Origin: Bacteroidetes bacterium ADurb.Bin217
GTDB lineage: Bacteria; Bacteroidota; Bacteroidia; Bacteroidales; UBA1715
NCBI GenBank assembly: GCA_002069975.1
Contig: MWCJ01000006.1
Location: 6,153-70,152 of the forward strand
Direction of reading: 5' to 3'
Length of the DNA: 64,000 nt
The notes under the pieces: generated by a model
Told to the model about the DNA's origin: nothing
Databases searched by the model: none
Seen by the model: only the letters and a program-made list of their open reading frames with translations
Made by a program: the position numbers and the translations under genes
Shown: positions 39,990 through 51,194 of the stretch, one piece after another
Layout: each line of letters begins with the position of its first letter
Position numbering within the stretch: the stretch's first letter is position 1

Positions 39990-40592
39990 ATGTGCTTTTA
40001 TTTTCATTTATCAAAAACAGCTGTAGAAATTGCACACAGATACAATAGTAAGACAGAGCCTCACAAACAAAATTTACAAGAAGTTTTTACTGGCTTTTCA
40101 CACCCGCTTATAACAACTATTCATTTACAAAAGTCGATACCCACAATACGGCATATGCAATGGGGGCTCATACCTCATTGGGCAAAGAGTAACGAAATAC
40201 AAAAAAACACATTAAATGCACGTTGGGAAACTATCCACGAAAAACCATCATTCAAATATTACACACAAAACCGTTGTATAATACCGGCAACAGGGTTTTA
40301 CGAATGGCAACGGCTTGACTCTAAAGGAAAACAAAAACAAAAATATGATATACGATGTTCAGACAATGAACTATTTAGTTTAGCTGGGATATGGAATATA
40401 TGGCACAACAACAACCAAAACATATGGACATGCAGCATACTTACCATACCAGCAAATTCCCTTATGGAAAAAATTCACAACACAAAACAACGAATGCCAT
40501 TTATTTTAGATATATCTCAAGAATCCGATTGGTTGCAAGGCAATACAATAGCACCAAAAAATATAGAATTAATAGCAATACCTTGCAAATAA
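39990..40592 (+). CDS. yedK: SOS-response-associated peptidase (SRAP/YedK family, abasic-site sensor)
   Basis: 200 aa. N-terminal Met-Cys (MCFYF), WGLIPHW, NARWETI, RCIIPATGFYEW, AGIW and IHNTKQRMPFIL. Confidence 0.85.
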   Translation: MCFYFHLSKTAVEIAHRYNSKTEPHKQNLQEVFTGFSHPLITTIHLQKSIPTIRHMQWGLIPHWAKSNEIQKNTLNARWETIHEKPSFKYYTQNRCIIPATGFYEWQRLDSKGKQKQKYDIRCSDNELFSLAGIWNIWHNNNQNIWTCSILTIPANSLMEKIHNTKQRMPFILDISQESDWLQGNTIAPKNIELIAIPCK

Positions 40593-40646
40593 AATAAAAA
40601 AACAACAAAATACTATTTTGTAATTTGTGTTTCTATAAAAAAAAAT

Positions 40647-40654
40647 TACTTTTG
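40647..40654 (+). promoter_or_regulatory. Candidate -7 box (TACTTTTG) for sufE and downstream genes
   Basis: TAnnTTTG match, 26 nt upstream of the ATG at 40681. Confidence 0.35.
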
Positions 40655-40680
40655 TTTACAAGTAAATACATATAAAACAG

Positions 40681-41106
40681 ATGAACATACAAGATATACA
40701 AGACCAAATTATAGAAGAATTCAGCATATATGAAGATTGGCTAGATAAATATCAATATATTATAGATTTAAGTAAAGATTTACCTCTGATAGACGACCAA
40801 TACAAAAAAGAAAATTATGTAATAAAAGGATGTCAATCGCAAGTTTGGTTACATGCAAATTTTGAAAACGGTAAAATACTATATACTGCAGATAGTGATG
40901 CTGTTATTACAAAAGGAATCATATCATTACTCATTAGAGTATTATCAAACCAAACCCCCGAAGATATTCTAAATTGCGACCTGTTTTTTATAGAAAAAAT
41001 AGGATTAAAAGAAAACTTATCACCAACTCGTTCTAACGGCTTGGTAGCAATGATAAAACAAATGAAATTGTATGCAATGGCATGTAATTACAAACAAAAC
41101 CAATAA
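40681..41106 (+). CDS. sufE: SufE-type cysteine desulfuration (sulfur acceptor) protein
   Basis: 141 aa. KGCQSQVWL active-Cys block and SNGL motif. Confidence 0.85.
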   Translation: MNIQDIQDQIIEEFSIYEDWLDKYQYIIDLSKDLPLIDDQYKKENYVIKGCQSQVWLHANFENGKILYTADSDAVITKGIISLLIRVLSNQTPEDILNCDLFFIEKIGLKENLSPTRSNGLVAMIKQMKLYAMACNYKQNQ

Positions 41107-41109
41107 ATT

Positions 41110-41436
41110 ATGGCAACAAATACAGAGCAAACGGCGAATTTGGAAGAAGAGATTGTTGCAACACTTCGAACCATTTACGACCCAGAAATACCGGTTAACA
41201 TATATGATCTTGGATTGATATATGAAATTGACATCAAAGAATTACCATTGGTAAAGATAGAAATGACACTTACTTCGCCAAACTGTCCGATGACCGATGT
41301 AATAATGTACCAAATTGAAAATAGAGTAAAATTAATTGAAACTATAGAAGAAGTTCAGGTGTCAATAGTATTTGAACCCCCTTGGGACAAAGAAATGATA
41401 AGTGAAGAGGGGAAATTAAAATTAGGACTCTTATAA
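41110..41436 (+). CDS. sufT: DUF59/MIP18-family Fe-S cluster assembly protein (SufT-like)
   Basis: 108 aa. IYDPEIPVNIYDLGLIY and TLTSPNCPM blocks. Confidence 0.8.
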   Translation: MATNTEQTANLEEEIVATLRTIYDPEIPVNIYDLGLIYEIDIKELPLVKIEMTLTSPNCPMTDVIMYQIENRVKLIETIEEVQVSIVFEPPWDKEMISEEGKLKLGLL

Positions 41437-41438
41437 GT

Positions 41439-42560
41439 ATGCAACAAAAAATACATATGGTAGATTTGGTTGGGCAATATGAAGCTCGCAAATCAGAATT
41501 TGATGCAGCAATTTCATCAGTTATTCATCAGGCTGCATTTATAAACGGACCCGAAGTTGATGCATTTCAAAAAGAATTAGAAACATATTTAGGAGTAAAA
41601 CATGTAATTCCATGTGCAAATGGAACAGATGCATTGACAATAGCATTGTGGGCACTGAATTTAGAACCAGGGAGTGAGGTTATAACCACCGACTTTACAT
41701 TTATAGCAACTGCCGAAGCCATAGCTCGTGTTGGATTAACCCCCGTACTTGTAGATATAAATCCAAATACATATACAATAGATGCGAAACAAATTGAGCA
41801 AGCTATAAGTCCCCGAACAAAAGCAATAATGCCTGTTCACTTATTTGGACAAGCAGCAAACATGAATACCATTATGGATATTGCCGAACGCCACAATTTA
41901 TATGTAATAGAAGATTGTGCCCAATGCTTTGGTGCTTCATATACTATAAAAGGTAAACCTAAAAAATTAGGAACAATTGGAACAATTGGATGCACATCAT
42001 TTTTTCCATCTAAAAATTTAGGATGCTTTGGTGATGGTGGTGCAATTTTCACTAACAACAGTGAACTTGCAACTACAATTAAAAAAATTGCAAACCATGG
42101 TTCTATCAAAAAATATTATCATTCAATAATTGGAGTTAACTCAAGATTAGATGGAATACAAGCAGCTATTCTCCGTGTAAAACTCAAATATATTGACACA
42201 TATAATGCCTCTCGCCTACAAGCAGCACAATGGTACAATCAACGACTACAAAATATTTCTTGGATAACAATACCCCAATTAGAACCCTACTCTACCCATG
42301 TGTATCATCAATATACTATTTTACTGCAAAATATTATAAATACAGACTTACAGGCTTTTTTGCAAACATATGGAATACCGAGTATGATTTATTATCCGGT
42401 ATCAATGCATAAACAAGAAGCATTACAAATATATAATCCACAGCAATGTCCATATTCCGATTTCGCCTCACAACACGTGCTTAGTTTACCTATGCACACA
42501 GAACTAACCGAATCTCAAGTAGATTACATTTGCAAATGCATTTCTCAATACAAACAATAA
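41439..42560 (+). CDS. DegT/DnrJ/EryC1/StrS-family PLP-dependent sugar-nucleotide aminotransferase (WbpE-like)
   Basis: 373 aa. NGTDAL, FFPSKNLG (PLP Lys) and GVNSRLDGIQAAIL blocks. Confidence 0.88.
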   Translation: MQQKIHMVDLVGQYEARKSEFDAAISSVIHQAAFINGPEVDAFQKELETYLGVKHVIPCANGTDALTIALWALNLEPGSEVITTDFTFIATAEAIARVGLTPVLVDINPNTYTIDAKQIEQAISPRTKAIMPVHLFGQAANMNTIMDIAERHNLYVIEDCAQCFGASYTIKGKPKKLGTIGTIGCTSFFPSKNLGCFGDGGAIFTNNSELATTIKKIANHGSIKKYYHSIIGVNSRLDGIQAAILRVKLKYIDTYNASRLQAAQWYNQRLQNISWITIPQLEPYSTHVYHQYTILLQNIINTDLQAFLQTYGIPSMIYYPVSMHKQEALQIYNPQQCPYSDFASQHVLSLPMHTELTESQVDYICKCISQYKQ

Positions 42561-42573
42561 TCAAATACTTACA

Positions 42574-43155
42574 ATGACACAAACACCATATTTAGCTCAC
42601 GAAACAGCAATAATTGATGATGGTTGCACTATAGGTAAAGGCACGAAAATTTGGCATTTTTCACATATTATGCCTAATTGCATAATTGGAGAACAATGCA
42701 ATATTGGACAAAACGTAGTAATTTCTCCCGATGTGGTATTGGGTAGAAATGTAAAAGTTCAAAACAATGTATCGATATATACCGGTGTAATTTGCGAAGA
42801 CGATGTTTTTTTAGGTCCTTCAATGGTTTTTACAAATATTTTAAACCCAAGAAGTGCAATTGTTCGTAAATCTGAATACAAACAAACAATTGTAAAAAAA
42901 GGAGCAAGTATAGGAGCTAATTCTACAATTGTATGTGGAATTACTATAGGAGAATATGCTCTTATTGGAGCAGGAGCTGTTGTAACAAAAAATGTAAAAC
43001 CATACGCATTGGTAATAGGAAATCCCGCACGCCAAACAGGTTGGGTAAGTGAATATGGTCACAAATTACAATTTAATAAAAATAATACTGCAATTTGCCC
43101 TGAAAGTTCACAGCAATATATTCTCGAAAACGATTTAGTTCAAAGGTTTAATTGA
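42574..43155 (+). CDS. Hexapeptide-repeat (left-handed beta-helix) sugar N-acetyltransferase (WbpD/WlbB-like)
   Basis: 193 aa. Repeating [LIV]-G-x4 hexapeptides. IWHFSHI block typical of WlbB-like enzymes. Confidence 0.8.
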   Translation: MTQTPYLAHETAIIDDGCTIGKGTKIWHFSHIMPNCIIGEQCNIGQNVVISPDVVLGRNVKVQNNVSIYTGVICEDDVFLGPSMVFTNILNPRSAIVRKSEYKQTIVKKGASIGANSTIVCGITIGEYALIGAGAVVTKNVKPYALVIGNPARQTGWVSEYGHKLQFNKNNTAICPESSQQYILENDLVQRFN

Positions 43156-44135
43156 TTAGTAGGTTGAAAATTACAAAAAAAATTGACGGCTTTATACTTT
43201 CACTTATAAGTGTAATTCTTTTTGCCGGTCTATTCCCCAATATTGGAACAAACACCGAAATCATAGATTTAAAAAAAATATCGGAATATGGTATTACCAT
43301 AATATTCTTTTTTTATGGTGTTAAATTAAGTCCTCAAAAAATTCGCGAAGGATTAACAAATTGGAAAATGCATATAGTAATACAATTAGCTACATTTATA
43401 GTATTTCCAATACTCATTATACTTATCAAACCTGTTTTCTCAAATATACATATTTGGTTAAGTATTTTTTTTGTTGCAGCATTACCCTCTACGGTATCGT
43501 CTTCAGTAGTAATGGTATCGCTAGCAAAAGGAAATGTGCCGGGAGCAATTTTCAATGCCACAATATCAAGTTTAGGAGGCATATTTATATCCCCTTTACT
43601 TCTGAGTTTTTTTATTATTAAATCAAACATTGACATAGATTCTGGCGAAATTCTAATAAAATTATTATTTCAAATATTAGTACCTATGCTTGTTGGTATA
43701 TTATTCCATTCAAAATTAAAAGTATTTGCCGAAAGACAATCAAAAAAATTAAAAGTGCTTGACCAAAGTATCGTTTTGTTAATAGTATACACATCTTTTT
43801 GCACATCTTTTGAAAGCGGTATTTTTACAACAATAAAACTTTCTACTATTATTTATATTTTTATAGGAATGGGAATTCTCTTTTGTATTGTATTTCTAAT
43901 ACTCAAAAAAATAAGTCAACTTTTACATTTTTCTTATGCCGATACTGTTACCACAATATTTTGCGGTTCAAAAAAATCATTAATCCATGGAGTCGTTTTA
44001 TCAAAAGTACTATTCTCAGGATCTATTCTGTCGGGTTTTATATTAGTTCCAATTATGATGTATCATTCCTTACAACTAATTGCTATAGGGTTTATTTTAC
44101 CAAAAATTGAACATATACTTTCAGAAAGAAAATAA
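43152..44135 (+). CDS. Bile acid:sodium symporter (BASS/YfeH-like) family membrane transporter
   Basis: 327 aa, multiple TM helices. FFFYGVKLSPQKIREGL block. The conserved N-terminus requires the TTG start at 43152, which overlaps the upstream stop. Confidence 0.7.
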   Translation: MISRLKITKKIDGFILSLISVILFAGLFPNIGTNTEIIDLKKISEYGITIIFFFYGVKLSPQKIREGLTNWKMHIVIQLATFIVFPILIILIKPVFSNIHIWLSIFFVAALPSTVSSSVVMVSLAKGNVPGAIFNATISSLGGIFISPLLLSFFIIKSNIDIDSGEILIKLLFQILVPMLVGILFHSKLKVFAERQSKKLKVLDQSIVLLIVYTSFCTSFESGIFTTIKLSTIIYIFIGMGILFCIVFLILKKISQLLHFSYADTVTTIFCGSKKSLIHGVVLSKVLFSGSILSGFILVPIMMYHSLQLIAIGFILPKIEHILSERK

Positions 44136-44223
44136 TTTGTAAAAAAAATTAGATTTGATAAAACTTTTTTTATATATTTACGTAATGATTTCATTTTTTC
44201 CTTACCTGTAAATATTATCTATT

Positions 44224-44568
44224 ATGAAAAAAGTCTTACTTTTTATACTATTTGCATGCAGCACACTACTTATAAATGCTCAAGAAATTGTTCAAACAAC
44301 GATAGGAACAAAGACCGTAAATTCATTTAGTTTATTACCAAGATATTTTAATGACAATATAATTGTAACTAACAATACCATGTTAGAAAAAACTTGTAAA
44401 TTATATATTTTTTCATCATCAAGTGGAAAAAATGTAATGTCACAATTGCTTACTATTCATGAAAATAATTATAAAATATCTACAATTAAATTAAAAAAAG
44501 GAGAATATGTTTACTTTATAGTTGAAAATAATATTCCTATTATTCGCGGCACCTTCATTAAAAGCTAA
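44224..44568 (+). CDS. Small secreted protein consisting essentially of a signal peptide plus a T9SS type-A CTD-like domain
   Basis: 114 aa. Signal MKKVLLFILFACSTLLINAQ. The remainder, LLPRYFNDNIIVTNN...CKLYIFSSSSGKNVMSQ...ISTIKLKKGEYVYFIVENN...RGTFIKS, follows the CTD spacing (..V.IyD..Gk.V.....l..G.Y.......K..K). Confidence 0.55.
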   Translation: MKKVLLFILFACSTLLINAQEIVQTTIGTKTVNSFSLLPRYFNDNIIVTNNTMLEKTCKLYIFSSSSGKNVMSQLLTIHENNYKISTIKLKKGEYVYFIVENNIPIIRGTFIKS

Positions 44569-44658
44569 TATTTCGTATTGACACATATTTTTTTATTGCT
44601 TGATGTAATTAATATTTTTATATGACGTAAGATTACTCAAAAAATAAAACAAGTAATT

Positions 44659-44666
44659 TATATTTG
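44659..44666 (+). promoter_or_regulatory. Candidate -7 box (TATATTTG) for purC
   Basis: Exact TAnnTTTG match, 24 nt upstream of the ATG at 44691. It covers the TTG at 44664 that the ORF track uses as start. Confidence 0.4.
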
Positions 44667-44690
44667 TGCAAACAAATACATAAATTATAT

Positions 44691-45632
44691 ATGAAAGCAT
44701 TAATAAAATCAGATTTTAATTTTCCAGGACAAATCAATGTATATCACGGCAAAGTACGTGATGTTTACACGCTATCAGACAACACGTTGCTTATGATAGT
44801 TTCTGACAGAATTTCGGCATTTGATGTAGTTCTCCCAAAAGGTATTCCTTATAAAGGTCAAGTTTTAAATCAAATAGCTGCTAAATTTCTTGATGCAACT
44901 TCAGATATAGTTCCAAACTGGAAAATAGCTAGTCCCGACCCCAATGTTACAATTGGTATTAAAGCAGAGCCTTTTGCTGTAGAAATGGTTATACGTGGAT
45001 ATCTTACCGGTCATGCATGGCGAGAGTATAAATCTGGTAAAAGAATATTGTGTGGCGTAAATTTACCCGAAGGAATGATTGAAAATCAAAAATTTCCAGC
45101 TCCAATAATTACACCTACAACAAAAGCAAAAGAAGGTCACGACGAAGACATTTCAAGAGATGAAATTATAAATCAGGGCATCGTTTCTAAAGAATTATAC
45201 GAACAATTAGAGCAAATAACACAAAAATTATTTGCACGAGGCACACAAATAGCGGCAGAAAAAGGACTTATACTTGTTGATACAAAATATGAGTTTGGTT
45301 TAGTAAATGGTAAAATATATTTAATAGACGAAATTCACACACCTGATTCTTCTCGATATTTTTACTCAGAAGGCTACGAAGAACGATTATCTAAAGGACA
45401 AGAACAAAAACAACTTTCAAAAGAATTTGTTCGCCAATGGCTTATTGAACATGGGTTTCAGGGTAAAGAAGGTCAACAAATACCTAACATGACTGATGAA
45501 TTCATTACACAAGTAAGCGAACGATATATAGAATTATACGAACATATTACCGGTGACACTTTTATAAAATCAGACATTTCAAATATTCAAGAACGAATTC
45601 AAACAAACGTAGAAACGTACTTAAAAAAATAA
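44691..45632 (+). CDS. purC: Phosphoribosylaminoimidazole-succinocarboxamide (SAICAR) synthase
   Basis: The long-type PurC N-terminus [14 protein letters not shown]...YHGKVRDVY begins at the ATG at 44691. VSDRISAFD and LVDTKYEFG blocks. The track start at 44664 is a TTG inside the putative promoter. Confidence 0.93.
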   Translation: MKALIKSDFNFPGQINVYHGKVRDVYTLSDNTLLMIVSDRISAFDVVLPKGIPYKGQVLNQIAAKFLDATSDIVPNWKIASPDPNVTIGIKAEPFAVEMVIRGYLTGHAWREYKSGKRILCGVNLPEGMIENQKFPAPIITPTTKAKEGHDEDISRDEIINQGIVSKELYEQLEQITQKLFARGTQIAAEKGLILVDTKYEFGLVNGKIYLIDEIHTPDSSRYFYSEGYEERLSKGQEQKQLSKEFVRQWLIEHGFQGKEGQQIPNMTDEFITQVSERYIELYEHITGDTFIKSDISNIQERIQTNVETYLKK

Positions 45633-45664
45633 TTATTAATACGTATCTAATTAAAAATAAATTT

Positions 45665-45672
45665 TATATTTG
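45665..45672 (+). promoter_or_regulatory. Candidate -7 box (TATATTTG) for the 45708 lipoprotein gene
   Basis: Exact TAnnTTTG match, 35 nt upstream of the ATG. Confidence 0.4.
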
Positions 45673-45707
45673 CCTAAATTATTAACCATTTTAAAAACAA
45701 AAAAATT

Positions 45708-46427
45708 ATGAAAAAAATTACATTAACTCTACTAGTAATTGCATCTGCATTATTTTTTAGCAGTTGCGGCGGCGATCAAGAATTTAACTTAAACAACGAC
45801 ATTGATGCAAAAGTTGACGGATATATTTTTGATGCTACAACAAAACAACCAATTTCTGGAGTAAAAGTTACAATCAGTAACAAAACAGCAACAACTAATG
45901 ATGCTGGTTATTATATTGTTTCAGGACTATCTACAGGTGATTACCCTATTAAATTAGAAAAAGAAGGATATGCAAGCGTATTGTACGTAGGTGCTGTAAG
46001 TATTGATGGTAAAGACTATTATGGTGACGCTATTCAAACATGTGCAGCGTATAATATGTATCCACGAAGTAAAAAATTAGATGTTACATTCCGTTTTGAG
46101 CAATATAATGAAACTTCTGGACAAGATGAGTGGTACAATGCTCCTGCAGGTTTAAAAGTAAAAGTTAGCTATACAAACACTAGCATTTTAAATGTTATGG
46201 ATACACAAACAACTGATAATTCAGGTAAGATTTCAATTGATAATATAGCAGAATTACAAAACATTACTTTAGATATTGACCAAGTAATAGGAAGTGATCA
46301 GTATTATATCAGTAGAACTATCTCATCAAGTGATTTAGAAAGCTATAATTACACTATTCGTGTAGAAATTAGTAAATCAACAGCTCCAGCATCAGGAGAA
46401 ATTGATATTCCTCAATTTAATTTCTAA
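45708..46427 (+). CDS. Lipoprotein with a carboxypeptidase-regulatory-like (CarboxypepD_reg) beta-sandwich domain
   Basis: 239 aa. Lipobox LFFSSCGGD. VDGYIFDATTKQPISGVKVTISNKTATTNDAGYYIVSGLSTGDYPIKLEKEGY is a typical CarboxypepD_reg block. Confidence 0.7.
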   Translation: MKKITLTLLVIASALFFSSCGGDQEFNLNNDIDAKVDGYIFDATTKQPISGVKVTISNKTATTNDAGYYIVSGLSTGDYPIKLEKEGYASVLYVGAVSIDGKDYYGDAIQTCAAYNMYPRSKKLDVTFRFEQYNETSGQDEWYNAPAGLKVKVSYTNTSILNVMDTQTTDNSGKISIDNIAELQNITLDIDQVIGSDQYYISRTISSSDLESYNYTIRVEISKSTAPASGEIDIPQFNF

Positions 46428-46450
46428 AAAAAAATATACTTATAAAAAAA

Positions 46451-46476
46451 AGGCTGTCAAAATTAATTGACAGCCT
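46451..46476. terminator. Bidirectional intrinsic terminator between convergent genes (lipoprotein gene and eno)
   Basis: aggctgtcaa / aattaa / ttgacagcct, flanked by A8 and T8. Confidence 0.8.
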
Positions 46477-46493
46477 TTTTTTTGTGCTAATTA

Positions 46494-47807
<1,314 letters not shown>

Positions 47808-47823
47808 CTAAATATAAAAAAAA

Positions 47824-47850
47824 AGGATAAAGTTAATATAACTTTATCCT
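47824..47850 (-). terminator. Intrinsic terminator after rplQ (end of the ribosomal supercluster)
   Basis: aggataaagtt / aatat / aactttatcct, with flanking A-run and T-run. Confidence 0.75.
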
Positions 47851-47873
47851 TTTTTTTTATATTAAAAATAATT

Positions 47874-48365
47874 TTACTCTTCAGTTGTTGAACTTTCAGT
47901 ACTATTAGAATCATTAGAAATTTCGGATTTTGTTGTTGCTTTTTTTCTACTTCTTCGAACAGTCGCTTTTTTACTTACAGGTGCTTTACCTTCTTTAACA
48001 TATGTTTCATTATAATCAACTAATTCAATATAACACATTTCAGCAGCATCGCCCAAACGTGTTCCAAGTTTAATTATACGAGTATATCCACCTGGACGAT
48101 CAGCAACTTTTGAAGAAACTTCTCTAAATAATTCTGTTACAGCAAATTTATTTTGCAAATATTTGAAAACTATTCTACGAGAATGTGTCGAATCATCTTT
48201 TGATTTTGTAATTAAAGGATCAACGTATTTTTGTAAAGCTTTAGCTTTAGCTACAGTAGTTTTAATACGTTTATGCATTATTAAAGACGTTGCCATGTTT
48301 GATAACATTGCAGCTCTATGTTCGTGTGTTCTACCTAAATGGTTAACTTTTTTTCCGTGTCTCAT
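47874..48365 (-). CDS. rplQ: 50S ribosomal protein L17 (with low-complexity C-terminal tail)
   Basis: [25 protein letters not shown]... Follows rpoA. Confidence 0.96.
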   Translation of the reverse strand: MRHGKKVNHLGRTHEHRAAMLSNMATSLIMHKRIKTTVAKAKALQKYVDPLITKSKDDSTHSRRIVFKYLQNKFAVTELFREVSSKVADRPGGYTRIIKLGTRLGDAAEMCYIELVDYNETYVKEGKAPVSKKATVRRSRKKATTKSEISNDSNSTESSTTEE

Positions 48366-48378
48366 TGCTTCTCAACTA

Positions 48379-49374
48379 TTATTCTTTATCTAATTTATAT
48401 TTACTTATGTCCATTCCAAAAGTAAGATTTAAAGCATCTAATAATTCTTCTAACTCGGTCAATGATTTTTTACCGAAATTTCTGAATTTTAATAAATCAT
48501 TTTTATTGAATTGAACAAGTTCACCTAAAGTTTCAACATCAGCAGCCTTTAAACAATTTAAAGCTCTAACAGATAAATCCATATCAACTAATTTTGATTT
48601 TAATAGTTGTCTCATATGAAGTACCTCTTCATCAAACTCTTCATTACCAAATTTATCTTCAGTATCTAAAGTAATTTTTTCATCAGAGAATAGCATAAAA
48701 TGCTGAATCAATATTTTTGCTGCATCTTTTAAAGCATCTTTAGGATGAATAGATCCATCTGATTTTATTTCAAGAATAAGCTTTTCAAAATCTGTTTTTT
48801 GTTCTACACGATAATTTTCAACAGTATATTTTACATTTTTAATAGGAGTAAATATAGCATCTATAGGAATAACACCAAATTCACTGTCTAAAATTTTATT
48901 TTCTTCTGCTGGAACATACCCTCTTCCTTTTCCTATCCAAAAATCGATAGTTAACTTAACAGAAGAATTCATATTACAAACAACTAAATCTCCATTTAAT
49001 ACTTGAAAATTTGTTAAAAAAGTATTTAAATCATCTGCCAAAAATTTATCTTTACCTGCTACTGTTACAGTAACTTTTTCAGACTGTACATTATCAGATG
49101 TAACTTTTTTAAACCGAATTTGTTTAATATTTAAAATGATTTCGGTTACATCTTCAACAATACCTTTAATCGAAGTAAATTCATGATCAACACCTTCAAT
49201 TTTTATATTAGTAACAGCATAACCTTCAAGAGAAGATAATAATACTCTACGTATAGCGTTACCAACTGTAATACCGTATCCCGGTTCTAACGGACGGAAC
49301 TCAAAAATTCCAATGTTATCATCCGATTCAAGCATAATTACTTTATCGGGTTTTTGAAATGCTAAAATTGCCAT
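48379..49374 (-). CDS. rpoA: DNA-directed RNA polymerase alpha subunit
   Basis: [14 protein letters not shown]...[28 protein letters not shown]. The track ORF starts 2 codons earlier, at 49380. Confidence 0.96.
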   Translation of the reverse strand: MAILAFQKPDKVIMLESDDNIGIFEFRPLEPGYGITVGNAIRRVLLSSLEGYAVTNIKIEGVDHEFTSIKGIVEDVTEIILNIKQIRFKKVTSDNVQSEKVTVTVAGKDKFLADDLNTFLTNFQVLNGDLVVCNMNSSVKLTIDFWIGKGRGYVPAEENKILDSEFGVIPIDAIFTPIKNVKYTVENYRVEQKTDFEKLILEIKSDGSIHPKDALKDAAKILIQHFMLFSDEKITLDTEDKFGNEEFDEEVLHMRQLLKSKLVDMDLSVRALNCLKAADVETLGELVQFNKNDLLKFRNFGKKSLTELEELLDALNLTFGMDISKYKLDKE

Positions 49375-49396
49375 AGACAAGAGTCTTTCTATATTA

Positions 49397-50005
49397 TTAT
49401 TTAGAATAAAGTTCTACTATTAATTGTTCTTTGATGTTTTCAGGTATTTCAGAACGTTCAGGTATATTTAAAAATTTACCTTGCATTTGAGATTTATCAA
49501 ATTCTAACCAAGAAAATTTACTTACAGAATTAGTACTCAAAGAACTTGTTATAACCTCAAGAGAACGAGATTTTTCGCGAACTGCGATTATATCACCTGG
49601 TTTAACATGAAACGATGGAATATTAACAACAGAACCATTAACTGTAATATGTTGATGTGTCACTAATTGTCTTGCAGCACGACGCGTGTTAGCAATGCCC
49701 ATTCGATAAACAACATTATCTAATCTTTGTTCCAATAATTGAACTAATATTTCACCAGTAACACCGGGTCTTCTATCAGCCTCATGAAACAAATTAGCAA
49801 ATTGGCGTTCTAAAACACCATACATATATTTTGCTTTTTGTTTTTCTTGTAATTGAACTCCATACACAGATTTTTTTGCTTTTCTTTTAGAAAGCCCATG
49901 TTGTCCAGGAGCGTAATTTTTCTTTTGTAATGCACTATCAGGACCATAAATTGGTTCTCCGAATTTACGTGCTATTTTAGATGTAGGTCCAGTATATCTT
50001 GCCAT
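49397..50005 (-). CDS. rpsD: 30S ribosomal protein S4
   Basis: The canonical [17 protein letters not shown] start is at 50005. The track ORF is extended to 50083, into rpsK. Confidence 0.95.
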   Translation of the reverse strand: MARYTGPTSKIARKFGEPIYGPDSALQKKNYAPGQHGLSKRKAKKSVYGVQLQEKQKAKYMYGVLERQFANLFHEADRRPGVTGEILVQLLEQRLDNVVYRMGIANTRRAARQLVTHQHITVNGSVVNIPSFHVKPGDIIAVREKSRSLEVITSSLSTNSVSKFSWLEFDKSQMQGKFLNIPERSEIPENIKEQLIVELYSK

Positions 50006-50024
50006 GTAATTTAATATTATAAAG

Positions 50025-50411
50025 TTAAACTCTTCTTCTTTTTGGAGGTCTGCAACCATTATGTGGAAGCGGAGTAACATCAACTATTTCAGTAACCTCT
50101 ATTCCAGAATTATGAATGGTACGAATTGCTGATTCACGTCCAGATCCAGGTCCTTTTACAAACACTTTAACTCTGCGTAAGCCTAAATCAAAAGCTTCTT
50201 TAGCACAATCAGTGGCAGCCATTTGAGCAGCATAAGGTGTATTCTTTTTAGAACCTCTAAAACCTTTTTTACCAGAAGAAGACCATGATATTACTTGTCC
50301 TTCGGCATTTGTTATTGTTACAATAATGTTATTAAATGAAGCATGAATATGAGCTTGTCCAGCTGCTTCAACTTTAACTACTTTTTTTACTGACTTCGTT
50401 TTTTTAGCCAT
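50025..50411 (-). CDS. rpsK: 30S ribosomal protein S11
   Basis: ...[18 protein letters not shown]...[13 protein letters not shown]. Confidence 0.97.
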   Translation of the reverse strand: MAKKTKSVKKVVKVEAAGQAHIHASFNNIIVTITNAEGQVISWSSSGKKGFRGSKKNTPYAAQMAATDCAKEAFDLGLRRVKVFVKGPGSGRESAIRTIHNSGIEVTEIVDVTPLPHNGCRPPKRRRV

Positions 50412-50427
50412 AATATCAATCTATAAA

Positions 50428-50805
50428 TTATTTAGTTGCTTTTTTCTTATTTGCAACAGTTTTTTTCTTTCCTTTTCTTGTACGAGCATTATTTTTGGTT
50501 GATTGTCCTCTTACAGGTAATCCTAAACGATGTCTAATACCTCTATAACAACCAATATCCATTAAACGTTTTATGTTCAATTGAACTTCTGAACGTAATT
50601 CACCTTCAACTTTATATGTTGAAGATATTGCATTTCTTATTGCAGTTGTTTGATCATCGTCCCAGTCTTTAACCTTAACATCTTTATCAACACCTGCTTG
50701 TAATAATATTTTTTTGGCACTAGATCTTCCTATTCCATAGATATAGGTTAATGCTATTTCGCCACGTTTGTTCTTTGGTAAATCTATACCGTTTATCCTT
50801 GCCAT
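50428..50805 (-). CDS. rpsM: 30S ribosomal protein S13
   Basis: [26 protein letters not shown]... Confidence 0.97.
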   Translation of the reverse strand: MARINGIDLPKNKRGEIALTYIYGIGRSSAKKILLQAGVDKDVKVKDWDDDQTTAIRNAISSTYKVEGELRSEVQLNIKRLMDIGCYRGIRHRLGLPVRGQSTKNNARTRKGKKKTVANKKKATK

Positions 50806-50843
50806 AGTAACTTACTTTGAAAATTGGTGCAAAATTATAAAAA

Positions 50844-50960
50844 TTATCCTTGTCTTTGTTTAAATTTTGGATTTTTTTTGTTTATCACATAAATCCTTCC
50901 TTTTCTGCGAACTATTTTACATTCGCTACTTCGTTTTTTAACTGACGCTCGAACTTTCAT
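50844..50960 (-). CDS. rpmJ: 50S ribosomal protein L36
   Basis: Below the ORF-track size cut-off. My codon-by-codon translation gives [38 protein letters not shown], located between infA and rpsM. Confidence 0.93.
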   Translation of the reverse strand: MKVRASVKKRSSECKIVRRKGRIYVINKKNPKFKQRQG

Positions 50961-50971
50961 GTTTAAATATT

Positions 50972-51190
50972 TTATTTATATCGAAATGTTATTCTTCCTT
51001 TTGTTAAATCATATAAAGACATTTCTACTTTTACTTTATCACCGGGTAAAATTTTTATATAATGCATTCTCATTTTACCAGAAATATGTGCAGTAATAAT
51101 ATGTCCATTTGTTAGTTCAACTCGAAACATTGCATTTGATAATGCTTCGATAATAGTTCCATCTTGCTCTATAGATTGTTGTTTTGCCAT
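50972..51190 (-). CDS. infA: Translation initiation factor IF-1
   Basis: 72 aa. [30 protein letters not shown]... Confidence 0.97.
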   Translation of the reverse strand: MAKQQSIEQDGTIIEALSNAMFRVELTNGHIITAHISGKMRMHYIKILPGDKVKVEMSLYDLTKGRITFRYK

Positions 51191-51194
51191 ATAA

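Noticed and set aside
40605-40621. A 17-bp palindrome acaaaata-c-tattttgt just after the SRAP gene, considered as a terminator or operator.
   Set aside because: The loop would be too small for a stable hairpin, leaving about 6 bp of effective stem, and there is no clear U-run. AT-only palindromes of this size are expected by chance in this composition.
49397-50083. ORF-track N-terminal extensions for rpsD (to 50083), rplF (to 54685), eno (to 47804), purC (TTG at 44664), umuC (38683) and rpoA (49380).
   Set aside because: The canonical family N-termini begin at internal ATGs (50005, 54637, 47780, 44691, 38719, 49374). The extensions overlap upstream genes or a promoter box.
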